Shown one piece after another: positions 1 through 9,547 of a DNA stretch of 64,000 nucleotides (position 1 is its first letter; every line of letters begins with the position of its first letter). The translations under genes were made by a program, and so were the position numbers. The stretch comes from a bacterium (GTDB taxonomy: Bacteria; Patescibacteriota; Minisyncoccia; UBA6257; GWB1-50-10). Under the pieces are notes generated by a model. It was not told the DNA's origin and did not search any database. It saw nothing but the letters and a program-made list of their open reading frames with translations. The DNA lies in the NCBI GenBank assembly GCA_021814165.1, contig JAKAIX010000003.1, positions 14,551-78,550 of the forward strand, written 5' to 3'.

Positions 1-13
1 GCCATGGGATTGT

Positions 14-583
14 TTGGAAGATCGATGGTTTACAAACGATCTCATCCGCGACGGGATGCATGGTTTCCGGCACGTGTCCAGAGTATCCGTATTGGCGACA
101 TATCTCGCCTTGAGTCGTTTTTCTTTGTCTCAAAAAGAACTTTCCGCAATAATGTTTTCCTGTTTGTTTCATGATTGTCGAAGGAAAAACGACAATGCCG
201 ACCCGCGCCATGGAGAAAGAGCAGCACTCTGGCTAAAGAGAAATCGTGATGTATTACCAAAAGAGCTTCAGTCATTCCTTCCCGCAATATGTTTCTCGAT
301 CTCGGTTCATAACGATCCTTACGACCAGTTATTGAAGACCGACTCTTATAGAAAATTCGGGTTGTTTGTCGATGTTTTGAAAACCGCTGACGCTCTAGAT
401 CGTTATCGTTTTCCGAAGGCCGACTGGTGGATCTCGGAAAAGTTTATCGTTCTTTTGCCTCACGACAAAGAGATGGCGTTCGCATTTGATCTTGCATACC
501 AAAGCGAGTATTCTTTTGTGGGAACCGGAAACAGCAAGCAAGCGATGCTTCGTTCTTGGAATAACCTTTCGAGCAAGAAATGA
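14..583 (+). CDS. HD-domain phosphohydrolase (possibly 5'-truncated by the window edge)
   Basis: The protein has H...HD...H...D metal-binding spacing (MHGFRHVSRV ... CLFHDCRR ... D). The frame is open upstream of the TTG at 14, so the true start may lie before position 1. Confidence 0.6.
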   Translation: MEDRWFTNDLIRDGMHGFRHVSRVSVLATYLALSRFSLSQKELSAIMFSCLFHDCRRKNDNADPRHGERAALWLKRNRDVLPKELQSFLPAICFSISVHNDPYDQLLKTDSYRKFGLFVDVLKTADALDRYRFPKADWWISEKFIVLLPHDKEMAFAFDLAYQSEYSFVGTGNSKQAMLRSWNNLSSKK

Positions 584-618
584 AACAGACCCCTAATTCA
601 AAAAAGAAAAAAAGGGGT

Positions 619-1077
619 CTATTTGATTGATTTAATAACAAAATGTTCTCTCCGAAAAATGATTTCGTCGCCTGCTCTCTTACCGATTAACGCTCTTGCA
701 AAATCGGATTTGTAAGAAATATTCTGTATGTCGTGCTCCGCAAGAACAAGGAAGCTTCCGATACGGATTTTCCTTCCGTCGTCTAATTCCAGCGTCGATC
801 CGAACTTCACCGTTTCACCCATATCTTTCCCCGGTGTGTAGACGATGGCATTCCTCCGTATTTGATTGAGGTGGTTGACTTGTGTTAATACAAGCTTCCT
901 GTGCTCCGCCACCGCTTCTTGAGGGAAATCGTCGTGTCCAAAATTTTCCGTGCTTTGTTGAGCGACTTCCGCTTGTTCTTCTCCAAGCTCCTTGATTCTT
1001 TCATTCAGTGCGATAATCTTTTCTTCGAGTTTTGCCATGTCTTCGGGGAAAAAATAATATTTTCCTGACATATACAC
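619..1077 (-). CDS. greA: transcription elongation factor GreA
   Basis: 152 aa with an N-terminal coiled coil (MAKLEEKIIALNERIKELGEEQAEVA) and a C-terminal FKBP-like domain, which is the typical GreA/GreB architecture and size. Confidence 0.8.
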   Translation of the reverse strand: MYMSGKYYFFPEDMAKLEEKIIALNERIKELGEEQAEVAQQSTENFGHDDFPQEAVAEHRKLVLTQVNHLNQIRRNAIVYTPGKDMGETVKFGSTLELDDGRKIRIGSFLVLAEHDIQNISYKSDFARALIGKRAGDEIIFRREHFVIKSIK

Positions 1078-1203
1078 TACCCTCCTTATTTATTTGCTGG
1101 AGTTAATGTAAAAGAAAAATATGGAATTTGTCAAGTTCTTTTTCTGGTGTGTTTTTTAAAGAAAAACAGAACCGCAATCGTTAAAATGCGATTGCGGTTA
1201 GTA

Positions 1204-1449
1204 TTAGTCACTGATTAGACACGCCGAATCTGTTCCCTTTTCTATTTTCTCCAATGCCAAATTGAATCCTTTCAGGTTTTTTACTCGTTCGATTCCTATC
1301 TCTTTGAGTTCAAAGTTGGGGTTAAAAATCTTCTTGCCGAATTTTTCTTCTATCGCCCTCATTGAATTTCCTAGAAAATAAGGACCGATGATTTTTCCGG
1401 TGTTCTGAAGGGCAATGGCCGCTACCGTGATACTAATTGTTGTTTTCAA
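1204..1449 (-). CDS. small hypothetical protein (TTG start)
   Basis: An 81-aa ORF with a GGAGG ribosome-binding site (RBS) 5 nt upstream of the TTG, and a stem-loop plus T-run terminator downstream at 1150-1200. Confidence 0.5.
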   Translation of the reverse strand: MKTTISITVAAIALQNTGKIIGPYFLGNSMRAIEEKFGKKIFNPNFELKEIGIERVKNLKGFNLALEKIEKGTDSACLISD

Positions 1450-1526
1450 ATTACCTCCTTATTTTTCTTATCATACCACAAGTCGTCTCGTTAAACGAGT
1501 GTTTGGTATGATATAATAAAGAAACA

Positions 1527-4253
1527 ATGAGCCGGAAGATGAGATTATACGGAGCGGTTGCGGGCATCCTCGCGCTTTCGATTGCGGGGTTTGCCGCGGT
1601 GCGCGCCCTAACCTCGATTGATTCGAATATCATTACCGTCACGACCCCCCCCTCTCAGACCGGGTATCGGGCGCAATGCGCTCCCTTGAGTACCTCGACG
1701 ATATTCATCTCATGGAACGGAAATTTCACGCCTCCCGCGATTGCGACGCTCTACGGGAGCAATACCCAGTCCGCCCTTGCCTCGGCGCCGAAGCTTTTTG
1801 AGAAGACCGGTTCGGGGGATTATACGGATTCGGGACTTGCCGTCGGCGCGCAGCGTTTTTATAGGGTTGACACTAAGCTTGCCGACGGGACAGCCATTAC
1901 GGGATCGATCTTTTCTTGTTACTCGCTCTCCCCATCAAGCGATACCCCGACGCTTCTCGGGATATTTGCGAACAGCCCCTCGGATATGTTCTTTAACTGG
2001 AAGGACAACGCGACGTCAACCAGCCCGTATCATTTCGAAGTGCAAAAAATCAGAGTGACACCGAATATGCCGACTTCGACGGCGACGACTTCGCCCGGAG
2101 TCGCGGCAGACAGCGTACCTCTCACCTGGACCGTCTCGGCAACCTCGACACCGTATTACACGGCAATCGAGCGAAGCACCTCGACGACCGACCGCTTTAC
2201 TATAACGAGAGACGCTTCCTTCCGCTCTTTTTCGACGGGTGATTGGGATCCGCTTCTCTCGGGAAACCCGCACACGTTTACATACACCGACACTTCGGTC
2301 GAAGATGCGACAACATATTACTACCGTTTCAAAACGTGCTCTTCGATCCCGATCGGAGGGTTCTATGCAACCTCTCTCTCCGGAAAGGAACAGTTGAACC
2401 CGGCGACGACGAAACCTTCTCCCGCGTGCAGTGCTCCCCAACCGTCCGATGCGGGCATGATGGTGAGAACGCCTCCTCTCGCGCCGACGAATCTCACCGC
2501 GACCGCAGTCTCCGATTCGGCGATCGATCTCGCGTGGACGAACCGGTCGAGGAACGCAACGGGGTACGTGATCGAGCGATCGGTGCAGACCGAAAATAAT
2601 TACAGTTTCCTCGCGAGCGTGGGGAACAACACGACTTCGTACCGCGACTCGGGTCTCGCCGCGGGGACGATCTACTACTACCGCATTCGGGCGTATAAGA
2701 ATTTCGGCGGAGGAGTTACGCTTTATTCCGACTGGGCGTTTTCCGGAAGCGCGACCACGAATTTCGACGTGATGGTGACCGTAACGGGAGGCGACGGATC
2801 GGTCTCGAGCGATCCTTCCGGAATAAATAAGTGCACCTCGGCTTGTTCCGCCGTGTTCCCCTCGGGGACTTCGGTTACGCTCACTGCGACTTCTACGAAA
2901 GCGAGTTCCACGTTTAGTTTCTGGAACGGGAACTGGTGCAATGGAAGTGTAGATCCCGCATGTACGATGAGCGGGAACGCGAACGTGGAGGCCCTGTTTA
3001 ACACTTCGACTCCTCCTTCCGCAGCCTTCTCCATACCCAATCCGCAGACATCCCAAACTGCCTCCGGCGGTTCAAAAACGGTCTCGGGAGCTTCCACGAC
3101 TTCCGGTTCTCTTCAGCCGCCCACAAATCTCCAGGGTGCGGCCATCTCGCCGCTCGCGGTGCGTCTCACGTGGAATCCCGTCCCCGGCGCCGACGGGTAC
3201 AGCGTGATACGGGGAGGAAGCCAAATCGCGCTTACTTTAAATCCTTTGTGGTATGACAATCAGGGCGTGGGGTGCGGAGGAACGTATGTGTATGCGGTGG
3301 AATCATTCCTCTACGGACCAAACGGGACGGTGGGGACGTATTCGGCTCCTTCACCGAGCGTAGCGGTCCCCGTGAGTTGCACGAGTCAGCCCACCGTCTC
3401 CGTGACTGCCCCGAACGGAGGATCGTACAAGGCGGGGAGTACGTTGGTAATACAATGGAACGCAACGGGCATTACGAGTAATGCAAACAGCATTGCGGTC
3501 TCCGTCTATAAGGTGCGCGCGGATAATAATTATTTCGGAGTTGCGCCCGATTTCGGCGTAACTTGGTACAATACGGTTTCGGCAAACGGCATTATTCTCG
3601 ACACGGGGTCGTATACGTGGGCGATTCCTTCCACGTTCGCGCCGGGCCAGTATGTGGTGCAGGTGGCGATTCCTTACGGTCTCAAGGCATACAGCGCACC
3701 GTTCTCCATCACAAGCGCGCAGGCCTCGCTTCTCGAAGCGGCAGGAAGCATACGCGATGTCGTAGTGGGAAGCATCACCGCCGCCTGGAATACGCTTACG
3801 GACGGAGTGCAAACGCTTCTCTCGTGGTTTCGCGCGCGCGTTCCCGTTACGGAAGGGAAAACGGGAAGCAGTATAGATTACGATGCTTATTTCGCGCAGT
3901 CGACTTCGACGACACCCGTACCCTCATGGAAAGACAAAGGACTTCTCCCCGACACGGTATATCTGTATCGCGTGCGGGTGGTGTATGACAGCGGGCAGAA
4001 TAGTCCGTGGTCTCAAATGATCGCGGGAAAGACGCTTGGAGGGAACGAGAGCAAACTGCAGGGAGTTGCCGGGGTGTGTATTAACAACAGCTATTGCGAA
4101 CAAAGAGTTGTCGAGGTGCCGAACTATCAGCACCAATATCTCGATCCGAACGATCCGACGAAGATGCTTACCGAACATAGCGAATCGCAGTGCACGGTGA
4201 ACGCGGATTGCAGGAACGTGGGACGATCAAGCCAGATATTCGAGGAGCGGTAA
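1527..4253 (+). CDS. large secreted/cell-surface protein with multiple fibronectin type III-like repeats
   Basis: N-terminal signal/TM segment. Repeated FN3 signatures occur (PPTNLTATAVSDSAIDLAWTN...GYVIERS; LQPPTNLQGAAISPLAVRLTWNPVPGADGYSVIRG). Composition is Thr/Ser-rich over 908 aa. Confidence 0.75.
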   Translation: MSRKMRLYGAVAGILALSIAGFAAVRALTSIDSNIITVTTPPSQTGYRAQCAPLSTSTIFISWNGNFTPPAIATLYGSNTQSALASAPKLFEKTGSGDYTDSGLAVGAQRFYRVDTKLADGTAITGSIFSCYSLSPSSDTPTLLGIFANSPSDMFFNWKDNATSTSPYHFEVQKIRVTPNMPTSTATTSPGVAADSVPLTWTVSATSTPYYTAIERSTSTTDRFTITRDASFRSFSTGDWDPLLSGNPHTFTYTDTSVEDATTYYYRFKTCSSIPIGGFYATSLSGKEQLNPATTKPSPACSAPQPSDAGMMVRTPPLAPTNLTATAVSDSAIDLAWTNRSRNATGYVIERSVQTENNYSFLASVGNNTTSYRDSGLAAGTIYYYRIRAYKNFGGGVTLYSDWAFSGSATTNFDVMVTVTGGDGSVSSDPSGINKCTSACSAVFPSGTSVTLTATSTKASSTFSFWNGNWCNGSVDPACTMSGNANVEALFNTSTPPSAAFSIPNPQTSQTASGGSKTVSGASTTSGSLQPPTNLQGAAISPLAVRLTWNPVPGADGYSVIRGGSQIALTLNPLWYDNQGVGCGGTYVYAVESFLYGPNGTVGTYSAPSPSVAVPVSCTSQPTVSVTAPNGGSYKAGSTLVIQWNATGITSNANSIAVSVYKVRADNNYFGVAPDFGVTWYNTVSANGIILDTGSYTWAIPSTFAPGQYVVQVAIPYGLKAYSAPFSITSAQASLLEAAGSIRDVVVGSITAAWNTLTDGVQTLLSWFRARVPVTEGKTGSSIDYDAYFAQSTSTTPVPSWKDKGLLPDTVYLYRVRVVYDSGQNSPWSQMIAGKTLGGNESKLQGVAGVCINNSYCEQRVVEVPNYQHQYLDPNDPTKMLTEHSESQCTVNADCRNVGRSSQIFEER

Positions 4254-4361
4254 CGTCTGGAATCTGGAATTAGGAGTTAGGGAATATTCTGCACAAAGAA
4301 TATCCCGTTTCCACAATTCCTAATTCCTAATTCCTAATTCCTAATTCCTTATTCGCGTTAG
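4254..4361. repeat. palindromic intergenic element with AATTCCT tandem repeats (hairpin/terminator between convergent genes)
   Basis: A perfect hairpin gggaatattct-gcacaa-agaatatccc is flanked by ggaattagg / cctaattcc arms. The unit aattcct is repeated four times in tandem (4316-4345). Confidence 0.7.
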
Positions 4362-5081
4362 TTATGCGCGCGCGGCAGTGAGGCCGATAATTTTTTTTGC
4401 TCCCGCTTTCTTCAATATTCTCGCCGCTTCCCGCATCGTCGCGCCGGAGGTGATGACGTCATCCACGAGAAGGATATTTTTCCCCCGCACAGGTTCCGGA
4501 TTCGTTACCGCAAAGCTTCCGAGGACGTTATTCACGCGCTCCTCCCGTTCCTTTAATGCGGTTTGTGAGGGAGTTGCCCTTGTCCTTATGAGTATGTTCT
4601 CGATTATCGGTATCTCGTCCGTGCGGAGCGTACGGGCAAGGAGGAGCGACTGGTTGAAACCGCGTCTTCGCAGTTTTCGCGGATGGAGCGGGATCGGGAC
4701 GATTACGAAATCGGAGAAGGAAATACCGCCAAGTTCCATGCTCAAGAGAAGATAACGGCGAAGTTCTTCCCCGAGCGGAGTCGTTACAACCTTAACCCCG
4801 TCATATTTGAAAAGATGGAGAAGTTCTCGAATTCTTGTGTTTCCGTAACTCCACGGGGCGATTCCCGTGAATCGCGTTCCCGGGTGGCAGGAAGGAACCG
4901 CGGGAGATCTCCGTCCGCATGAAGGGCAAAAGAACCCCGCCGGAAAATCAAATGGCAGCGTGCAATTTTTGCAAAGCCATCGCGCTCGCTCTCCCGTTTC
5001 GAGATGCGCGCGACAAGAAAGACAGCGCGGAGGGAAAAGCGCGTCTTCGAAAAATTGCCGGATGCGACGGAACGATTGCAT
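4362..5081 (-). CDS. comFC: ComF-family phosphoribosyltransferase (competence protein ComFC-like)
   Basis: The C-terminal PRTase motif (LLVDDVITSGATMREAARILKKAGAKKI) and an N-terminal Cys-rich zinc-finger-like region (C-x2-C ... C-x2-C) match ComFC. The ATG at 5081 is preferred because the longer ORF (to 5147) would overlap the divergent pilM start codon. Confidence 0.7.
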   Translation of the reverse strand: MQSFRRIRQFFEDALFPPRCLSCRAHLETGERARWLCKNCTLPFDFPAGFFCPSCGRRSPAVPSCHPGTRFTGIAPWSYGNTRIRELLHLFKYDGVKVVTTPLGEELRRYLLLSMELGGISFSDFVIVPIPLHPRKLRRRGFNQSLLLARTLRTDEIPIIENILIRTRATPSQTALKEREERVNNVLGSFAVTNPEPVRGKNILLVDDVITSGATMREAARILKKAGAKKIIGLTAARA

Positions 5082-5131
5082 TTTCAGTTCTTTGTGAGGT
5101 GTCATTTCTATGCTAGAATCATGATGTAAAA

Positions 5132-6235
5132 ATGAAAATAGGACCATTCTTCGCCGACTTTTTCAGGGATATCGGGAATTTTTTCCGATCGGGTTCTGTG
5201 CTTGGCGTGGACATCGGGACGGTTTCCGTAAAGTGTGTCGAGCTTGGAATGAAACAAGAGCGGTTCGCACTCATGAATTACGGGATACTCGAATCGAGAG
5301 AATATCTTCTTCATCCGAATCGCGCGCTCCAGACAAGTTCTTTGAAAATTTCGGAACAGGATGCAACCGCTCTTCTCAAAACTGCGCTTCTTGAAATGAA
5401 GTCGAAGACAAAGATAGCCGTCGCTTCTATCCCCGCGTTCGCCGCTTTTATGACGGTACTAGACATGCCGCTCCTCTCGAGAGAGGAGACGACGAAAGCG
5501 GTATTATTTCAAGCGCCGCAGCACATCCCGCTTCCTATACACGAAGTGGCGCTTGATTGGATGAAGGTCGACGAGTTCGACGGACCGGAACGCACCCGGT
5601 ATCAACGCATCTTCCTTATTGCAATTCCCGAAACGGTTATCCATTCTTATAAAACCATTTTTCATAATGCGGGCTTGGAACTTACGGCGCTCGAAGTGGA
5701 CGGTCTCGCATTCGCACGGGCACTGTTTCCGACTGAAACCCCCCCGACTCTTCTTATCGATCTCGGCGCGGAAGCGACCAGCATGTTCGTTATGGGAGGA
5801 GGCGTCATGCACTATGCGAGCGAGACCGATTATGGCGGCATCTACCTCACGCAAGCGATCGCAAGAAGTTTGGGGATTACGCTGATGCGTGCCGAAGAAT
5901 TGAAGCGCAGAAGGGGGCTCTTGAAGGGCGGGGCGGAGTCGGAGTTATCAACATTAACGCTTCCGTATCTTGATGTTATACTACAAGAAGTAAGCCATGT
6001 GAGAGAGGTGTATGAGCGCCGGTACTCGAAGAAAGTCGAGCGCATCATGCTCGCGGGCGGCGCAGCGAATCTTCTCGGCGTCGAGAAGTACTTCAGCGCC
6101 GAAACCGGCCTTCCTTCCGTTTCTCCGAGCGCGTTTCGCGGCATGGAGTATGATCTTCGGCTCGAACCGGCGCTTCGAGAGCTTCAAAACGAACTCCCCG
6201 TGGCAATAGGGCTCGCAAAGCGGTATTTTGCGTGA
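5132..6235 (+). CDS. pilM: type IV pilus assembly protein PilM (actin-like ATPase fold)
   Basis: The motif GVDIGTVSVKCVEL and an FtsA/actin-like fold match PilM. It is the first gene of a pilMNO-like operon. Confidence 0.75.
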   Translation: MKIGPFFADFFRDIGNFFRSGSVLGVDIGTVSVKCVELGMKQERFALMNYGILESREYLLHPNRALQTSSLKISEQDATALLKTALLEMKSKTKIAVASIPAFAAFMTVLDMPLLSREETTKAVLFQAPQHIPLPIHEVALDWMKVDEFDGPERTRYQRIFLIAIPETVIHSYKTIFHNAGLELTALEVDGLAFARALFPTETPPTLLIDLGAEATSMFVMGGGVMHYASETDYGGIYLTQAIARSLGITLMRAEELKRRRGLLKGGAESELSTLTLPYLDVILQEVSHVREVYERRYSKKVERIMLAGGAANLLGVEKYFSAETGLPSVSPSAFRGMEYDLRLEPALRELQNELPVAIGLAKRYFA

Positions 6236-6247
6236 TATAAAGGATAT

Positions 6248-6805
6248 ATGCCCGACACAAAGCCAAGCGGCACACAAGAGCAATTCGTCACCGAACCCAT
6301 ATCGGTCGGGTTCCCGTGGCGTCTTTTGGTATTTTCGGTCGTGCTCTTCGGACTTTCCATTTTCATCTATGTGGGATTGAACGTCGGATATGAATCGTAT
6401 CTCGACTCGAAGTCGACGTCGCTTGATCAGAAACTAGCCCAACTCTCGAATTCGGTGAGCGAGCAGGATCAGCAACAGTTCATCGTGTTCTACTCCCAAC
6501 TCGCCAACCTGAAGAAAGTTCTCGCGGAGCACGCATTCGGCGGGAACGTGTTTCCGTTCCTTGAAACAAACACGCTTCCGCAGGTGTCCTACACCGATGC
6601 GGAGTACAATCATACCGCATCGCAAGTTACCCTTACCGGAGAAGCGTCTTCGCTCCAGATGCTTGCCGCCCAACTTGCGCAATTTAATAAAGCATCGGGC
6701 GTCCAGAGAACAACATTGTCTTCCCTGAACTTCAGTCCGAGAGGGACGGTAAGTTTTTCCATTGAGATCGTGTTTGCGCCCGACTTTTTCTCGAAACCAT
6801 TATGA
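6248..6805 (+). CDS. pilN: PilN-like pilus assembly protein (single-pass membrane, coiled coil)
   Basis: Single TM helix (WRLLVFSVVLFGLSIFIYVGL) followed by a Gln-rich coiled coil. Its position after pilM supports the call. Confidence 0.5.
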   Translation: MPDTKPSGTQEQFVTEPISVGFPWRLLVFSVVLFGLSIFIYVGLNVGYESYLDSKSTSLDQKLAQLSNSVSEQDQQQFIVFYSQLANLKKVLAEHAFGGNVFPFLETNTLPQVSYTDAEYNHTASQVTLTGEASSLQMLAAQLAQFNKASGVQRTTLSSLNFSPRGTVSFSIEIVFAPDFFSKPL

Positions 6806-7389
6806 AAACGTCATCCAAAAGAATCCTAAGCATACTGTTCTCGGCGCTGTTTCTTATGGCAACCCTTATCATTTACGGCAATCTGATTCAGCCGGAAATC
6901 CAGGCCTCGAGCGAGAAGCAGTCGATAGTCGCTTCGAAACAAAGTCTTTTTGATAATCAGGAGGCGGTGGTATCGCAGGTATCGAAACTGATCGGACAAC
7001 TTCAGAATGCAGCGCAGCTCCAGCAAACGCTCTCACTCGTTATTCCTGTGGGGGGCGGGGTAACGGATATATTAAATCAGTGGGAGGGGATAGCCGAGGT
7101 AAGCCAAGTTACGATTCAGTCCTTGAATATCAAGCCGCCCACGGTGCTTCTCGGCACGAAGCAACCGCTCCAGAAACGCCTTGGTAATCTCGAAATTGAG
7201 GCAAGCGTTTCGGGAACGTACGGAGAATTGAAACAATTTCTTCGTGCGCTCGAATCGAGCACGCGGATCACCAATGTTAACAGTTTCGATATCAAACCAT
7301 TCTTCTCGAACGTCGCGGGAAGCCAGTCGTCCTCGGAAGGAACGTATACGCTCCAGGTCTCCGCAGTCGTGTTCTACCAGGAACAATAA
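6802..7389 (+). CDS. pilO: PilO-like pilus assembly protein
   Basis: N-terminal TM helix and a periplasmic coiled coil. It overlaps the pilN stop by 4 nt, indicating translational coupling. Confidence 0.5.
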   Translation: MKTSSKRILSILFSALFLMATLIIYGNLIQPEIQASSEKQSIVASKQSLFDNQEAVVSQVSKLIGQLQNAAQLQQTLSLVIPVGGGVTDILNQWEGIAEVSQVTIQSLNIKPPTVLLGTKQPLQKRLGNLEIEASVSGTYGELKQFLRALESSTRITNVNSFDIKPFFSNVAGSQSSSEGTYTLQVSAVVFYQEQ

Positions 7390-7401
7390 CCATTCACTAC
7401 C

Positions 7402-7692
7402 ATGGCAATCATCGTCCAAGAAGAAAAGAAACCGGTTAATTGGTTTAATATCGTTATCATCGCGGTGTTTGTGGCCGTGCTCTTTTTCGCGGCATATTTC
7501 GTGTTTTTCAAAAAGCCGGAACTCGTCGATGTCGTGGTTCCCGCAAAACTCCAAAATCTAGGCCAGATTTCCCAGGCGCAGCTTGATCCCGGATCGACGA
7601 TCGAAACCCTCAACAAATACTTTTCGAAGAATTTCAGCCAGACGGTAACTATCCCGACGCCGGGGAGGACAAATCCATTCCAACCGTTTTAG
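7402..7692 (+). CDS. small membrane protein in the pilus operon (PilP-like?)
   Basis: 96 aa with one TM helix (WFNIVIIAVFVAVLFFAAYFVFF). It is the last gene before a palindromic element. Confidence 0.4.
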   Translation: MAIIVQEEKKPVNWFNIVIIAVFVAVLFFAAYFVFFKKPELVDVVVPAKLQNLGQISQAQLDPGSTIETLNKYFSKNFSQTVTIPTPGRTNPFQPF

Positions 7693-7812
7693 GAAAAATC
7701 CTAAATCCTAATTTCTAAATCCTAAACAATGATCGAAATCCGAATGACCGAAACCCGCGTTTTGATCATTTGAATTTGTTTAGTATTTAGGATTTTGAAT
7801 TTAGGATTTCTT
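7693..7812. repeat. palindromic intergenic element with AATCCTA / TCCTAA repeats (large hairpin between pilus sub-operons)
   Basis: Left arm aaaatcctaaatcctaatttctaaatcctaaac and right arm gtttagtatttaggattttgaatttaggatttc are imperfect reverse complements. An inner inverted repeat (IR) aatgatcgaaa / tttgatcattt is also present. The composition is related to the 4254-4361 element. Confidence 0.65.
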
Positions 7813-7816
7813 TTAT

Positions 7817-9547
7817 ATGACCGATCAAGAACTTATTCAAGCGCTGGTACAAAAAGGATTGCTCGAAGGAGCATCCGCGAAAAAACTCCTCGAGGAGGCG
7901 GCGCTCAAAAGTCGCTCTCCCGAAGACCTCCTCTATGAAGAGCGCCTTGCGGACGAAGTGGCGGTAGCGAAAGCAAAAAGCGAACTCCTGGGAATTCCTT
8001 ACAAAAAGATCGATCCCGCTTCCGTGACCGACGATCTGTTGTCGCTGATTTCCCGCGACGCATCGCGGGCATATCGCGTGATACCAATAGAGCGGCGGAA
8101 AGACATGCTTATTGTGGGAATGCTTCGTCCCGACAATCTCCCGGCGCAAGAGATGCTTCGCTTCATCGCCAAACGTGAGCGGGTGAGTCTCGGAGTATAT
8201 ATCGTGACGCCTTCCGATCTCGCGACGGTCTGGCGGAGATATGCGCCATACCGGAGCGAGGTCGAAGCGGCGGTGAAGGAGATAGGAACTCCGAGAAGAA
8301 CCGACGATCTCATGGTGACGCTCGAAGAAGGAGGGGGCAGTGCCGACGACGCGCCTATCATCAAAATCGTAGCCTCGACGCTTCGCGAAGCGGTTGACCT
8401 GAGAGCTTCCGATATTCATATAGAACCGCAGCACGCGCGCTTAAGAATCAGATTCAGGATTGACGGCGATCTCCAGGAAGGCGCCTCGGTTCCCTCGGCG
8501 CTTTCCCAGCCGCTTATTTCCCGCGTCAAGGTGCTCTCCCGCTTGCGCCTCGACGAGACGCGCGTGCCTCAGGACGGGAGATTCAGAACGGTAATAGGAG
8601 GAAGAGATATCGATTTTCGCGTTGCGACTTTCCCCACGCCGAGCGGAGAGAAAGTAGCGCTTCGCGTTCTGGATCCCTCGACCGGCCTCAAGGGACTTCA
8701 AGAGCTCGGACTGAATGAACACAACGCGAGAATACTCGAAGAAGCGGCGGGCGCGCCGTTCGGGATGATCTTGATTACCGGTCCCACCGGATCCGGAAAA
8801 TCAACGACGCTCTACGCGATGTTACAGCGTCTTAATTCGGACAAGGTGAATATCGTAACTCTTGAGGACCCCGTCGAATATTTCATGGACGGCGTGAATC
8901 AATCCCAAGTAAAGCCGGAGATCGGTTATGATTTTGCTTCGGGTCTGCGCCAGATTCTCCGGCAAGACCCCGATATTATTATGGTAGGCGAAATCCGCGA
9001 CTCCGAAACGGCGGGACTCGCCGTGAATGCGGCGTTGACCGGCCATCTTATGCTTTCAACGCTCCACACGAATAACGCAATCGGGGTCGTACCGCGGCTC
9101 ATTGATCTCGGCGTGCCGAGCTTTCTCCTCTCCTCCTCGCTGAATCTGATGCTCGCGCAGCGTCTTGTTGGCAAACTGTGCCCCGAATGCAAGCGCGCCG
9201 CACCCGCTCCCGACGAAATGCAGAAGATTATCAGAAAGACCGTAGAAAAACTTCCTGAGGAGATCAAATCGAAACTGTCTTTCAAATCCCCGTATGAGGT
9301 GTATCATGCGGAACCGAACCCGGACTGCAAAACATGTAAAGGAAAAGGAACCAGGGGGCGCGTCGCGATATTCGAGATTTTCAGAATGACAAGGGAGTTG
9401 GGCGAGGTTATCAATAAAGGATTCTCTGAAAATGCGCTTATGGACGAGACCGTACGGCAGGGGATGGTGGATATGCGCGCCGACGGCATCTTAAAGGCGC
9501 TTCAGGGAGAGGTAATGCTTGAAGAGGTTTTGAGAGAGACCGAATAA
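7817..9547 (+). CDS. pilB: type IV pilus assembly ATPase PilB (GspE family)
   Basis: Walker A GPTGSGKSTT, a GspE N-terminal domain and a C-terminal tetracysteine motif (CPECK...CKTCKGKG) are present. Confidence 0.9.
   Translation: MTDQELIQALVQKGLLEGASAKKLLEEAALKSRSPEDLLYEERLADEVAVAKAKSELLGIPYKKIDPASVTDDLLSLISRDASRAYRVIPIERRKDMLIVGMLRPDNLPAQEMLRFIAKRERVSLGVYIVTPSDLATVWRRYAPYRSEVEAAVKEIGTPRRTDDLMVTLEEGGGSADDAPIIKIVASTLREAVDLRASDIHIEPQHARLRIRFRIDGDLQEGASVPSALSQPLISRVKVLSRLRLDETRVPQDGRFRTVIGGRDIDFRVATFPTPSGEKVALRVLDPSTGLKGLQELGLNEHNARILEEAAGAPFGMILITGPTGSGKSTTLYAMLQRLNSDKVNIVTLEDPVEYFMDGVNQSQVKPEIGYDFASGLRQILRQDPDIIMVGEIRDSETAGLAVNAALTGHLMLSTLHTNNAIGVVPRLIDLGVPSFLLSSSLNLMLAQRLVGKLCPECKRAAPAPDEMQKIIRKTVEKLPEEIKSKLSFKSPYEVYHAEPNPDCKTCKGKGTRGRVAIFEIFRMTRELGEVINKGFSENALMDETVRQGMVDMRADGILKALQGEVMLEEVLRETE

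Noticed and set aside
2016-3056. 346-aa Arg-rich antisense ORF inside the FN3 surface-protein gene, and several other 100-150-aa antisense ORFs (2243-2599, 2723-3097, 3351-3812)
   Set aside because: Extreme Arg/Gly/Ser composition typical of the reverse strand of GC-rich coding DNA. The sense-strand gene has clear FN3 repeats and a signal peptide.
4254-4361. Possible CRISPR array suggested by the aattcct and tcctaa tandem repeats
   Set aside because: The units are 7 nt with no spacers and are arranged as inverted arms of a hairpin. No cas genes are nearby. They are REP-like palindromic elements, not CRISPR.
4362-5147. Longer ComFC start at 5147
   Set aside because: It would overlap the divergent pilM start codon (5132) by 16 nt, leaving no room for either promoter. 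The ATG at 5081 gives a sensible divergent intergenic region.
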